Made by a program: the position numbers and the translations under genes | DNA from: Caldilineae bacterium | GTDB taxonomy: Bacteria > Chloroflexota > Anaerolineae > DTLA01 | Direction of reading: 5' to 3' | DNA length: 64,000 bases | Assembly: GCA_037446815.1 (NCBI GenBank) | Contig: JBBIHX010000003.1 | Span: 291 to 64,290, forward strand | In this document: in pieces, positions 1 through 9,319 of the stretch | Layout: each line of letters begins with the position of its first letter | How positions within the stretch are numbered: the first letter of the stretch is position 1 | Notes under the pieces: model-generated | Seen by the model: only the letters and a program-made list of their open reading frames with translations | The model's database searches: none | What the model was told of the DNA's origin: nothing

Positions 1-200
1 AACGCCCGTTCCCGGTGAAGTACTACCTGTTCGCCATGCTGTTTGCCGTGGTGGATTTGGTGGTCGTGTTCCTGTACCTGTGGGCCGTGCAGGTTCGGGA
101 CTTGGGATGGGCCGGGTTTGCGGGGATTCTCCTCTTCCTGCTCGTTGCTGTCGTGGGATACATCTACGTCTGGCGGAATGGAGCGATGGAATGGGACTAG
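1..200 (+). CDS. nuoA: NADH-quinone oxidoreductase subunit A, C-terminal part (gene runs off the window start)
   Basis: Reading from nt 3 gives [27 protein letters not shown]..., a hydrophobic segment with the NuoA-like 'RFPVK(F/Y)Y' signature. It lies directly upstream of nuoB-N. Confidence 0.8.
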   Translation, partial: RPFPVKYYLFAMLFAVVDLVVVFLYLWAVQVRDLGWAGFAGILLFLLVAVVGYIYVWRNGAMEWD

Positions 201-670
201 AAACGAAACTGCCTGATGGTGTTGTCCTCACCACGCTGGAGTCTGCGGTCAACTGGTGTCGGAAATACTCGGTGTGGCCGCTTCTCTTCGGGTTGGCGTG
301 CTGCGCTATTGAGATGCTCACCTCCGGCATGTCGCGGTTTGACATTGCGCGGTTCGGGTCGGAAGCGTTCCGCGCCACGCCGCGCCAGCCGGACCTCATG
401 ATCGTGGCCGGCCGCGTGTCCAACAAGATGGCCCCCGTGGTCAAGCGCCTCTACGACCAGATGGCCGAGCCGAAGTGGGTCATCGCCATGGGCGCCTGCG
501 CGTCCTCCGGCGGCATGTTCCACAACTACGCCATCCTCCAGGGCGTGGACAAGATCATCCCCGTGGACATCTACGTGCCCGGGTGCCCGCCGCGCCCCGA
601 GGCCCTGTTCTACGCGCTGACCCAACTGCAACAGAAGATCACAACCCAGCGGTTCAAAGACTTTGCGTAG
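191..670 (+). CDS. nuoB: NADH-quinone oxidoreductase subunit B (20 kDa, Fe-S N2)
   Basis: The ORF 80..670 contains the NuoB core (CCAIEM...GACASSGG...PGCPPRPE Fe-S cysteine motifs). The likely true start is the internal ATG at 191 (MGLETK...), which overlaps the nuoA stop by about 10 nt. Confidence 0.9.
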   Translation: MGLETKLPDGVVLTTLESAVNWCRKYSVWPLLFGLACCAIEMLTSGMSRFDIARFGSEAFRATPRQPDLMIVAGRVSNKMAPVVKRLYDQMAEPKWVIAMGACASSGGMFHNYAILQGVDKIIPVDIYVPGCPPRPEALFYALTQLQQKITTQRFKDFA

Positions 671-690
671 GCCCATTTTCCTGAACGTGG

Positions 691-2445
691 ATGGTAGGCA
701 TGGCTATGACCGATAACGACACGCTCTTGGAGAGGCTCAAGGCACAGTTCCCCGGCGCAATCCAGGGAGAATCCGCATTCAGGGGCGAGACGACCCTGAC
801 CGTCCGCGCGGATGACCTCCTGTCGGTTTGTCGGTTCCTTCGCGACGACCCGGAGGCCCAATTCAACCACCTGGCGTTTGTTACGGCGGTGGACTATTCG
901 GCGCTGGGGCGTGAGCCGCGCTTTGCCGCCGTGTATCAGTTGTATTCGCTCCCGCATCGGCGCGCCCTGCGGCTCAAGGTACCGCTGGACGGCGAAAGCC
1001 CCATAGCCCCCAGCGTTGTGAGCATCTGGCCCGGGGCCAACTGGCACGAGCGCGAGGTCTATGACCTCATGGGCATCCGCTTCAAGGGCCACCCGGACCT
1101 GCGCCGCATCATGCTGCCCGATGAGTGGGTGGGCCATCCGCTGCGGAAGGACTATCCCCTGGGCGGCGAGCCGGTGGCTTTCACGGCCACGCTGGACGAT
1201 CCGGCGCTGGAGGGCCTGGGCACCCAGGTCTTGGACCCCGTATCGGTTCCTCCCGTCCGCCCGCCCGAGGCCCAGCCCCACACGATGGTCATCAACATGG
1301 GCCCCCAGCACCCCAGCACCCACGGCGTGCTCCGCGTGGTGGTGGAACTGGACGGCGAGACGATGGTCAACGTTTGGCCCGACATCGGCCACCTGCACTC
1401 GGGCATTGAGAAGACCGCCGAGTACAAGACCTACGCCCAGGTGTTGCCCTACACCGACCGCATGGACTACGTGGCGGCCATGACTAACAACATGGGGTAT
1501 GTCCTGGCCGTGGAGAAACTTCTCGGCGTGGAGATTCCGCCACGCGCCCAGATTCTGCGCGTCATCCTGTGCGAACTCCAGCGCATCGCGGCGCACCTGG
1601 TGTGGGTTGGCACCCACTGCCTGGACATGGCGGGCATGATCAACGCGCTGCTCCAGTACGCCTTCGCCGCCCGCGAGGACATCCTGAACATCTTTGAGAT
1701 GGTCTCCGGCGCGCGCCTGACGCCCAGTTATATCCGCATCGGCGGGGTGGCCAGGGACGTGCCGCCCGGATTCGTGCCCGCGGTCAAGCGATTCCTGGAG
1801 ACCTTCCCCGGGTGGCTGAAGGACATCATGCGCATGCTGGACGAGAACCCCATCTGGCTGTCGCGTATCAAGGGCATCGGGCCGCTGACCGCCGAGCAGG
1901 CCATCGCGTTGGGCGTTACCGGGCCGGTGCTCCGCTCCACCGGCGTGGATTACGACGTGCGCAAGTACGCGCCGTACTCGTCCTACGACCAGTTTGACTT
2001 TGACATCCCCACCGGCACCAACGGCGACTGCTACGACCGATACCTGGTGCGCATGGAGGAGATGCGCCAGAGCGTGCGCATCATCCAGCAGGCCATCGCC
2101 AAGTTGCCCGAAGGCCCCGTGCGGTGCGACGACCGCAAGATCGTCTTCCCGCCGCGCGAGGAACTGGACACCAGCATGGAGGCCCTCATCCACCACTTCA
2201 AACTGGTTACGGAGGGATTCCACCCGCCCGAAGGCGAGGTGTACGCGTGCGTGGAGGCCCCGAAGGGCGAAATCGGCTACTACATCGTGTCGGATGGCGG
2301 GCCCAAGCCCTACCGTCTGAAGATTCGCGGGCCTTCCTTCTCCAACTTGCAGGCGTCCAGCCTGATGGCGAAGGGGCACATGTTCTCCGACATGGTGGCC
2401 ATCATCGGCTCCATTGACATCACCCTGGGCGAGGTGGATCGCTAG
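691..2445 (+). CDS. nuoC: Fused NADH-quinone oxidoreductase subunits C/D (584 aa)
   Basis: The N-terminal about 170 aa is NuoC-like (30 kDa subunit). The C-terminal about 400 aa is NuoD-like (49 kDa, ends with the ...ITLGEVDR motif). The exact start (ATG 691, 700 or 706) is uncertain. Confidence 0.9.
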   Translation: MVGMAMTDNDTLLERLKAQFPGAIQGESAFRGETTLTVRADDLLSVCRFLRDDPEAQFNHLAFVTAVDYSALGREPRFAAVYQLYSLPHRRALRLKVPLDGESPIAPSVVSIWPGANWHEREVYDLMGIRFKGHPDLRRIMLPDEWVGHPLRKDYPLGGEPVAFTATLDDPALEGLGTQVLDPVSVPPVRPPEAQPHTMVINMGPQHPSTHGVLRVVVELDGETMVNVWPDIGHLHSGIEKTAEYKTYAQVLPYTDRMDYVAAMTNNMGYVLAVEKLLGVEIPPRAQILRVILCELQRIAAHLVWVGTHCLDMAGMINALLQYAFAAREDILNIFEMVSGARLTPSYIRIGGVARDVPPGFVPAVKRFLETFPGWLKDIMRMLDENPIWLSRIKGIGPLTAEQAIALGVTGPVLRSTGVDYDVRKYAPYSSYDQFDFDIPTGTNGDCYDRYLVRMEEMRQSVRIIQQAIAKLPEGPVRCDDRKIVFPPREELDTSMEALIHHFKLVTEGFHPPEGEVYACVEAPKGEIGYYIVSDGGPKPYRLKIRGPSFSNLQASSLMAKGHMFSDMVAIIGSIDITLGEVDR

Positions 2446-2466
2446 CGATTGAGGCGGGAGGTTCAC

Positions 2467-2937
2467 GTGCTATCGGACAAGGTCAAGTCGGAAATCCAAC
2501 AACTCAAGGCGCGCTACCCGCATCCCAACTCGGCGCTTCTCCCCGCGCTGGCGCTGGCGCAGAAGGAGCACGGCTGGCTTAGCCCCGAGGTGCTGGAAGA
2601 GGTGGCCACCGTCATGGAACTGTCGCCGGCGCAGGTGGGGTCGGTGGCGAGTTTCTACACCATGTTCAACCGCCGCCCGGTCGGCAAGTACCTCATCCAG
2701 GTCTGCACCAACATCGCGTGCTCGCTCCTGGGGGCCGAGCACATCGTGGAGCATCTCAAGCGGCAACTGGGCATCAACGTCGGCGAGACGACACCCGACG
2801 GCCGCTTCACGTTGATGGAGGTGGAATGCCTCGGGTCATGCGGCACCGCGCCCGTGATGCAGGTCAACGATACCTACTACGAGAACCTGACGGCGGAAAG
2901 GGTGGATGAGATTCTTGCGGAACTCCGCAGGCGGTAG
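2467..2937 (+). CDS. nuoE: NADH-quinone oxidoreductase subunit E (24 kDa, 2Fe-2S)
   Basis: The ORF 2449..2937 carries the NuoE thioredoxin-like fold cysteines (CTNIAC...CLGSCGTAP). The probable start is GTG 2467 with a GGGAGG RBS about 6 nt upstream. Confidence 0.85.
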   Translation: MLSDKVKSEIQQLKARYPHPNSALLPALALAQKEHGWLSPEVLEEVATVMELSPAQVGSVASFYTMFNRRPVGKYLIQVCTNIACSLLGAEHIVEHLKRQLGINVGETTPDGRFTLMEVECLGSCGTAPVMQVNDTYYENLTAERVDEILAELRRR

Positions 2938-2955
2938 GTTGTACCCGAATCGCAC

Positions 2956-4239
2956 ATGAGCCAGGAGACGCACATGGCAGAACCAGTCCTATTGCGCAAC
3001 GTGGGGGTGCCCAACTCCCACACGATAGAGGTGTACATGCAGCGCGGGGGGTATCAGGCCCTGCCCAAGGCCCTGAAAGAGTACCAACCCGCCGCGCTGG
3101 TAGATTTGGTCAAGCGTTCGGGCCTGCGCGGGCGCGGCGGCGCGGGCTTCCCCGCCGGCGTCAAGTGGAGTTTTCTCCCCAAAGGCGTGTACCCGCGCTA
3201 CCTGGTATGCAACGCCGACGAGGGCGAGCCCGGCACGTTCAAAGACCGCGTCTTGATTGAGCACGACCCCCACGGCCTTATTGAGGGCATCATCATCTCC
3301 TGCTACGCCTGCGAGGTCAACACGGCCTTCATTTACATCCGCGGTGAATACGAATTTGGCGCGCGGCGGCTGGAGCAGGCGATCCAGGAAGCCTATGCCC
3401 ACGGCTTCCTCGGCAAGAACATCCTGGGCAGCGGGTTCAACCTGGACATCATCGTGCATCGGGGCGCGGGGGCCTACATCTGCGGCGAAGAGACGGGCCT
3501 CCTGACGTCGCTGGAGGGCGACCGCGGCCATCCCAAACTGAAGCCGCCCTTCCCGGCCAGCGAGGGCCTCTACCGCAAGCCCACCGTCATCAACAACGTG
3601 GAGACCCTGTTCAACGTGCCCTTCATCGTAGAGCGGGGCGCGGAATGGTATACCAGCATGGGCACCGAGAAAAGCCCGGGCATCAAACTGTTCTGCATCA
3701 GCGGGCACGTGAACAAGCCCGGCGTGTACGAATTGCCGCTGGCGACGCCGCTGCGCACCCTCATCTACGATTACGCGGGCGGGCCGCTGGAAGGCAAGCC
3801 CATCAAGGCGATCATCCCGGGCGGCTCGTCCACGCCGATGATCACGCCGCAGCACCTGGACGTGCCGCTGGACTACGAGTCGCTGGCGGCCATTGGCACC
3901 ATGCTGGGGTCGGGCGCGGTCATCGTCATCGGCGAGGGCACGTGCATCGTGCGCACGGTGGAGCGCCTGGCCGAGTTCTACCGCCACGAGTCCTGCGGCA
4001 AGTGCATCCCTTGCCGCGAGGGCACCGACTGGCTGTACAAGATTCTGCACCGCATTGAGCACGGCGGGGGCCGCGAGGAAGACCTGCCGCTCCTGCTGGA
4101 CATCTGCAACAACATCGGCGGCAAGAGTTTCTGCCCGCTGGGCGATGCCGCCCTGGGGCCCGTGCGCTCCAGCATCGCCAATTTCCGCGACGAGTACCTG
4201 CAACACATTCGCGAGAAACGTTGTCCGTACCAGGCTTAG
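2956..4239 (+). CDS. nuoF: NADH-quinone oxidoreductase subunit F (51 kDa, FMN/NADH-binding)
   Basis: A glycine-rich GRGGAGFP motif gives the FMN/NADH site. The C-terminal [10 protein letters not shown]...C is the 4Fe-4S motif. Confidence 0.9.
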   Translation: MSQETHMAEPVLLRNVGVPNSHTIEVYMQRGGYQALPKALKEYQPAALVDLVKRSGLRGRGGAGFPAGVKWSFLPKGVYPRYLVCNADEGEPGTFKDRVLIEHDPHGLIEGIIISCYACEVNTAFIYIRGEYEFGARRLEQAIQEAYAHGFLGKNILGSGFNLDIIVHRGAGAYICGEETGLLTSLEGDRGHPKLKPPFPASEGLYRKPTVINNVETLFNVPFIVERGAEWYTSMGTEKSPGIKLFCISGHVNKPGVYELPLATPLRTLIYDYAGGPLEGKPIKAIIPGGSSTPMITPQHLDVPLDYESLAAIGTMLGSGAVIVIGEGTCIVRTVERLAEFYRHESCGKCIPCREGTDWLYKILHRIEHGGGREEDLPLLLDICNNIGGKSFCPLGDAALGPVRSSIANFRDEYLQHIREKRCPYQA

Positions 4240-4280
4240 CAAACGTACCTGCGTTTCTACACCAATGAGGTAGGCGCTGC

Positions 4281-6782
4281 ATGGAAGTTCTGGTAAACGT
4301 AACGATAGACGGTCAACCCATTAGCGTCCGGGCGGGCACCACGGTGCTAGAGGCCGCGAAGCAACTCGGCATCGCCATCCCGACCTTCTGCTACTACGCC
4401 AAGTTGGTGGGTATCGGCGCGTGCCGCATGTGCCTGGTAGAAGTGGAGAAGATGCGCGGTCTCCAGACGGCCTGCACAACCAAAGTGCAGGAGGGCATGG
4501 TCGTGCGCACCAACACGCCGGAGGTCGTCAAGACGCGGCAGGGCGTGCTGGAGTTCCTCCTCACCAATCACCCGCTGGATTGCCCGATTTGCGACAAGGG
4601 CGGCGAGTGCGAACTCCAGGACCAGGTGTTCCAGTTCGGCGGGACGGTGAGCCGCTTCGTGGAGGAAAAGCGCCACAAGGCCAAGGCCAAGCCCCTGGGC
4701 CCCTTCGTGATGAAGGACGAGGAGCGGTGCGTCCTATGCCGCCGGTGCATCCGCTTCCTGGAAGAGTGGCCGGGCGATGTGGAGTTGGACGCCTTTGAGC
4801 GCGGGCGCAACACCGTGGTGGATACCTTCTACGGCCGCCCGCTGTCATCGCCGTTTTCGGGCAACGTCATTGACCTCTGCCCGGTGGGGGCGCTGACCAG
4901 CATCCCCTTCCGATTCAAGGCGCGCAGTTGGGAACTCCAGCGCACCCCCAGCATCTGCACGCTGTGCGGCGCGGGGTGCAACCTGACGCTGGACGCCAAG
5001 GCCAACCGCCTGCTGCGCGCTGTGGGCCGCGAAAACCGCGACGTGAACGACGAATGGCTGTGCGACCGCGGGCGGTTCGGCCAGGACCACGTCCGAAGCG
5101 ACCAGCGGCTCACGTCGCCGCTCATCCGCAAGGACGGCCATCTGCAACCGGTCCCGTGGGAAGAGGCGCTGGCCTTCGCCGCGCGGCGGGTGCAGGAAAT
5201 CGCCCAGACGGCCAATCCGGACGTTGTCGCGGCGGTCGGCTCGGCGCGCGCCAGCAACGAGGCCAATTACCTGCTCCAGAAGTGGGCGCGCGCGGTCGTC
5301 GGCACCAACAACGTGGACTTCGCCGGGCGGCCCGCCGATGACGCGGCTCCGCTCTCCGCGATAACCGCGCCGCTGCGGGCGGGCGTTGTCGTGCTCCTAG
5401 GCGTGGACCCGCTGGGCGACGCGCCGATGGTAGATTTGTGGATTCGCCGCGCCGCGCTGACAAAGGGCACCCGCGTCATCGCCATCGGCCCCAAGCGCCC
5501 TGTCGTCAGCCGCTACGGCCTGTGGTTGGGGTGCAAGCCGGGCGCGGAGTCGGCGGTGTTGGCGGGGCTGTTGCACCTGCTGGCCCGCGATGACCGCGTG
5601 CAGGGCGCCGCCAAGTCTGACATGGCGGGATGGACGAAAGAGTATGCGCCCGACCGCGTGGCCGAGGCGACCGGCGTTAGCGCCCAGGCCCTGAAGCAGG
5701 CTGCCGACTTCCTGGCCGCGAAGGGCGCCCCGCTGGTGCTGTACGGCAGCGGCGCGAATCTAGCGCCCGTGCGCGATCTCATCGCCCTGCTGGGGGGCGA
5801 GGCGGGCTACCTTGCGCCGCAGCCCAACGCTTGGGGCGCGCTGCTGATGGGCGCCGCCCCCGATCGCTACCCGGGCGGCGCGTCGGTGGAAGACGCCAAG
5901 GCCCGCGACAGTTTCGGCAAGCGGTGGGACGCGAGGCTCTCGCCGCGCAAGGGATTTGCCCTGCGCGAGATGCTGGCGGGGTGCCGCGAGGGCAACGTCC
6001 AGGCGATGCTGGTGGTGGAAGCCGACCTGGCGCGCGAGTGCCCGGGCGCGGCCGAGGCGCTCCGCACCCTGCGCTTCCTGGTCGTCGTGGATCAGTTCCT
6101 CACGGCCACGGCGGAACTGGCCGACGTGGTCTTCCCATCCGCCGCGCCCGCCGAAACTGATGGCACATTCCTGAACCTGACCCGGCGGCTCCAGCGGGCG
6201 ACCCAGGCCGTATATCCGCCCAAGGGCGTCCGCCCGGCATGGAAGGTCGTCGCCAACCTGGCGAATGCGGCCCCAGGGCGCGAGAAGAAGCGCGGCGCCG
6301 AATCGCACTGGGACTACGAGACGGCCGCCGAGGTCTGGCGCGAGATCACGCGCGGCGTGGCCGTGTGCCGCGAATGCACGTATGACACCATCGGCGCGGG
6401 GGGCTGGCAGCCGGAGTTCGCGGCGGAAAAGGTCAAGCCCGCGCCCCTCGCGGTGGAGTACCCCGTCGCGCCGGAGGGCTTCCCGCTGGCGCTGGCGGCG
6501 GGACGGGCTTTGTTCCCCAACTCCGCGCCGTCGCGGTACTCGCCCGCCCTTGCGCCCGTCCTGTGGGGAGACGCGCTGCTGGTGCACCCCAAGGATGCCG
6601 AAGGGCGCGGCATCAAGGCGGGAGACGCCGTGCGCCTCGCGTCGGCGCGCGGGTCGGTGGAACTGAAGGCGCAAGTAACGGACGAGGTGGCGCCCGGGTG
6701 CGTCTGGGCCTGCCAGGAGTCGGTCGCGGCGCTGATGGAGTCGCCCGACAAGATCACCTACGTGAAACTGTCGCGTTCGTAG
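4281..6782 (+). CDS. nuoG: NADH-quinone oxidoreductase subunit G (75 kDa), 833 aa
   Basis: The N-terminal 2Fe-2S ferredoxin fold is (C..GIGACRMC). 4Fe-4S motifs follow (HPLDCPICDKGGEC, CVLCRRCIRF), then a molybdopterin-oxidoreductase-like C-terminal domain. Confidence 0.9.
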   Translation: MEVLVNVTIDGQPISVRAGTTVLEAAKQLGIAIPTFCYYAKLVGIGACRMCLVEVEKMRGLQTACTTKVQEGMVVRTNTPEVVKTRQGVLEFLLTNHPLDCPICDKGGECELQDQVFQFGGTVSRFVEEKRHKAKAKPLGPFVMKDEERCVLCRRCIRFLEEWPGDVELDAFERGRNTVVDTFYGRPLSSPFSGNVIDLCPVGALTSIPFRFKARSWELQRTPSICTLCGAGCNLTLDAKANRLLRAVGRENRDVNDEWLCDRGRFGQDHVRSDQRLTSPLIRKDGHLQPVPWEEALAFAARRVQEIAQTANPDVVAAVGSARASNEANYLLQKWARAVVGTNNVDFAGRPADDAAPLSAITAPLRAGVVVLLGVDPLGDAPMVDLWIRRAALTKGTRVIAIGPKRPVVSRYGLWLGCKPGAESAVLAGLLHLLARDDRVQGAAKSDMAGWTKEYAPDRVAEATGVSAQALKQAADFLAAKGAPLVLYGSGANLAPVRDLIALLGGEAGYLAPQPNAWGALLMGAAPDRYPGGASVEDAKARDSFGKRWDARLSPRKGFALREMLAGCREGNVQAMLVVEADLARECPGAAEALRTLRFLVVVDQFLTATAELADVVFPSAAPAETDGTFLNLTRRLQRATQAVYPPKGVRPAWKVVANLANAAPGREKKRGAESHWDYETAAEVWREITRGVAVCRECTYDTIGAGGWQPEFAAEKVKPAPLAVEYPVAPEGFPLALAAGRALFPNSAPSRYSPALAPVLWGDALLVHPKDAEGRGIKAGDAVRLASARGSVELKAQVTDEVAPGCVWACQESVAALMESPDKITYVKLSRS

Positions 6783-6801
6783 ATTCGCGAGAACTCGGGG
6801 A

Positions 6802-7806
6802 GTGCACATGGACGGGAACTGGATAGACACGCTGCTCATCCCGGCTATCAAGGCCATCGTGGTAACGTTGGGGCTGCTGGCGGCCTTCGCGTACATGACG
6901 CTGGCCGAGCGGAAACTGTGCGCGCGGTTCCAACTGCGCTACGGCCCGAATCAGGCGGGGCCTTTCGGCATCTTCCAGCCCATCGCCGACGCGCTGAAGG
7001 CCATCTTCAAGGAAGAGGTGATCCCAGAGCACGTGGACAAGTGGCTGTACGTCCTGTGTCCCGTGCTGGCGATGGTTCCCGCCATCCTGGCCTTCGCCGT
7101 GATTCCCATCGGCCGCCCCATTGTCATCGCCGGCCACACCGTTACACTGCAACTGGCGGATATCAACGTGGGGCTGCTGTACCCCATGGCGGTGGCGGGG
7201 CTGGGGGCCTACGGCATCGTGCTGGGCGGGTGGTCGTCCAACAACAACTACTCCCTGCTGGGGGCGCTGCGCACCACGGCGCAGATTATCAGTTACGAAC
7301 TTCCCATGGGCCTGGCGCTGGTGTCGCTGGTCGTCGTTACGGGAACGCTGCGGATGAGCGGCATCGTGGAGTACCAGGCGGCGCTGCCCCTCATCGTGCT
7401 CCAGCCCATCGGGTTCCTCATCTACTTCATCTGCGGCCTTGCGGAGACGAACCGCTCGCCCTTTGACTTCCCCGAGACGGAGAACGAACTCATCTCCGGC
7501 TACAACACCGAGTACGGGGGCATCAAGTTCGCGCTGTTCTTCATGGCCGAGTACATCAACATGATCGTGGTGAGCGCGCTCACGGCGACGCTGTTCCTGG
7601 GCGGCTGGCAGGGGCCGATTCTGCCCGGGTGGCTGTGGTTCTTCATCAAGACGGCGTTCATGCTGTTCGTGTTCGTCTGGGTTCGGGCAAGCCTGCCCCG
7701 CGCCCGCTACGACAAACTCATGCGCTTCTGCTGGAAATTCCTGACGCCGCTGGCCCTGGCGAACCTGCTGGTTACGGCGGTGGTCGTTCTCATCCTTCGC
7801 GGATAG
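6802..7806 (+). CDS. nuoH: NADH-quinone oxidoreductase subunit H (membrane)
   Basis: Polytopic membrane protein with NuoH/ND1-like motifs (LAERK...RYGPNQ...GGW.SNNNYSLLGALR). It sits in operon position. Confidence 0.9.
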   Translation: MHMDGNWIDTLLIPAIKAIVVTLGLLAAFAYMTLAERKLCARFQLRYGPNQAGPFGIFQPIADALKAIFKEEVIPEHVDKWLYVLCPVLAMVPAILAFAVIPIGRPIVIAGHTVTLQLADINVGLLYPMAVAGLGAYGIVLGGWSSNNNYSLLGALRTTAQIISYELPMGLALVSLVVVTGTLRMSGIVEYQAALPLIVLQPIGFLIYFICGLAETNRSPFDFPETENELISGYNTEYGGIKFALFFMAEYINMIVVSALTATLFLGGWQGPILPGWLWFFIKTAFMLFVFVWVRASLPRARYDKLMRFCWKFLTPLALANLLVTAVVVLILRG

Positions 7807-7847
7807 ATATGTGGGATGCAATCGTCTCACGTTGACAGAGGTGGGGC

Positions 7848-8318
7848 ATGTCCATAGTCAGTGCGGTCAAAGGGTTCTACCAGATTCTGAAGGCGATGGC
7901 GGTTACGCTGAAGTACTTCTTCACGAAGCCGCTGACCGTTCAGTACCCGAAGGAGAAGATTCGCCTGTACCCGCGCTTCCGCGGGCGACATGAATTGCAG
8001 CGCCGCCCCGAGGGGCTGGAGTTGTGCGTGGGATGCGGATTGTGCGCCGCCATCTGCCCGGCCAGGGCCATCTACGTGGAGGCGGCGGAGAACACGGATG
8101 AGGCGCGGTTCTCGGCGACCGAGCGCTACGCCCGCGTGTACGAAATCAACTACACGCGCTGCATCTTCTGCGGGTTCTGCGAGGAAGCCTGCCCCACCGG
8201 CGCGCTGAAACTGGGACACGAGTTCGCGCTGGCCCGGGCGTCGCGGGGCGAGTTGGTCATGGGCAAGGAGGCGCTGCTTCAGCCCGCGACACCTCATGCG
8301 ATCATACTGGAGGATTGA
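7848..8318 (+). CDS. nuoI: NADH-quinone oxidoreductase subunit I (2x[4Fe-4S])
   Basis: Two CxxCxxCxxxCP ferredoxin motifs (CVGCGLCAAICP; CIFCGFCEEACP). Confidence 0.9.
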   Translation: MSIVSAVKGFYQILKAMAVTLKYFFTKPLTVQYPKEKIRLYPRFRGRHELQRRPEGLELCVGCGLCAAICPARAIYVEAAENTDEARFSATERYARVYEINYTRCIFCGFCEEACPTGALKLGHEFALARASRGELVMGKEALLQPATPHAIILED

Positions 8319-8824
8319 ACAGCATGCTGGAGATCATCCTTTTCGCGTGCTTCGCGCTTGCGGCCATCGCCGGCGCCGTCTGGGTGATACTGGGCAAGAA
8401 CGCCAGTTGGAGCGCGTTGGGGCTGCTGGTGAACTTCTGCTCGCTGGGCGCGCTCTACATCATGCTGAACGCCCCGTTCGTCGCGCTGATTCAGTTCATC
8501 GTGTACGCGGGCGCCATCGTGGTGATGTTCCTGTTCGTGGTCATGCTGCTCATGGTGCGCCGCGGCGAAGGCGAGGACAAGAAGCCCTTCCAGCGGTATA
8601 TGGGCATCGCGCTGGCCGTGCTGCTGGCGGCGGGCCTGGTGTACATCGGGGTGAGCGTGGCGATGCCCCACGGGTCCCTGCCCGCCACGCCGCAGGACAA
8701 TGCTCGCGTCCTGGGCCTGACGCTGTTCTCCGAATATCTGCTGCCGCTGTGGATGGCGGGCGTGCTGCTGCTCATCGGGATGATTGCTGTGGTCATGCTG
8801 GCCAAACGCAAGAAGGAGGCTTAG
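8315..8824 (+). CDS. nuoJ: NADH-quinone oxidoreductase subunit J
   Basis: Small hydrophobic protein in operon position; its start codon overlaps the nuoI stop (ATGA-type coupling). Confidence 0.85.
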   Translation: MNSMLEIILFACFALAAIAGAVWVILGKNASWSALGLLVNFCSLGALYIMLNAPFVALIQFIVYAGAIVVMFLFVVMLLMVRRGEGEDKKPFQRYMGIALAVLLAAGLVYIGVSVAMPHGSLPATPQDNARVLGLTLFSEYLLPLWMAGVLLLIGMIAVVMLAKRKKEA

Positions 8825-8875
8825 GCGCCCGCACGATTCGGTGCGGGGTCGCCGGGACTTGCACAGGAGAACGAG

Positions 8876-9181
8876 ATGACGCTTTCTTCGCTTCATTACT
8901 TTATCCTTAGCGCGATTCTGTTTGCCATTGGCGGCATAGGGGTACTGGTGCGCCGGAACGCCATCGTCATCTTCATGTGCGTGGAGATGATGCTGAATGC
9001 CGTCAACCTGTCCCTTATCGCCTTCGCGCGCTACCTGAACGGCGTGGACGGTCAGTTGCTGGTGCTGTTCGTGATGGCCATCGCCGCCGCCGAGGTGGTC
9101 GTCGGGCTGGCGATCCTGGTGGCGCTGTACCGGAAACGTCCCACCACGGACGTGGACGAGATGAATCTGCTGAAGGGCTGA
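8876..9181 (+). CDS. nuoK: NADH-quinone oxidoreductase subunit K
   Basis: A 101-aa three-helix membrane protein with a conserved NuoK-like pattern (...MLNAVNL...AAAE...GLAIL). Confidence 0.85.
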   Translation: MTLSSLHYFILSAILFAIGGIGVLVRRNAIVIFMCVEMMLNAVNLSLIAFARYLNGVDGQLLVLFVMAIAAAEVVVGLAILVALYRKRPTTDVDEMNLLKG

Positions 9182-9319
9182 TGCGAGGCCCTGGCCTGTC
9201 ATCGGGCGCGAGGCTACGCACGCCGAGGGCCGGCGCGCCGCCGTCAGCCGGAGCCGCGGGGCGGCGAAGCATGGCCGGGGAACATCAAGAGTGAGGGATC
9301 ATAGGAGCGGGAGGAACGC

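Noticed and set aside
610-2466. 618-aa minus-strand ORF antisense to nuoCD (similar long antisense ORFs at 9347..11158 opposite nuoL, 12902..14347 opposite nuoN and 2989..4242 opposite nuoF)
   Set aside because: The translations are Arg/Gly/His-rich and low-complexity, as expected for stop-poor antisense frames in GC-rich DNA. The sense-strand products have clear Complex I motifs.
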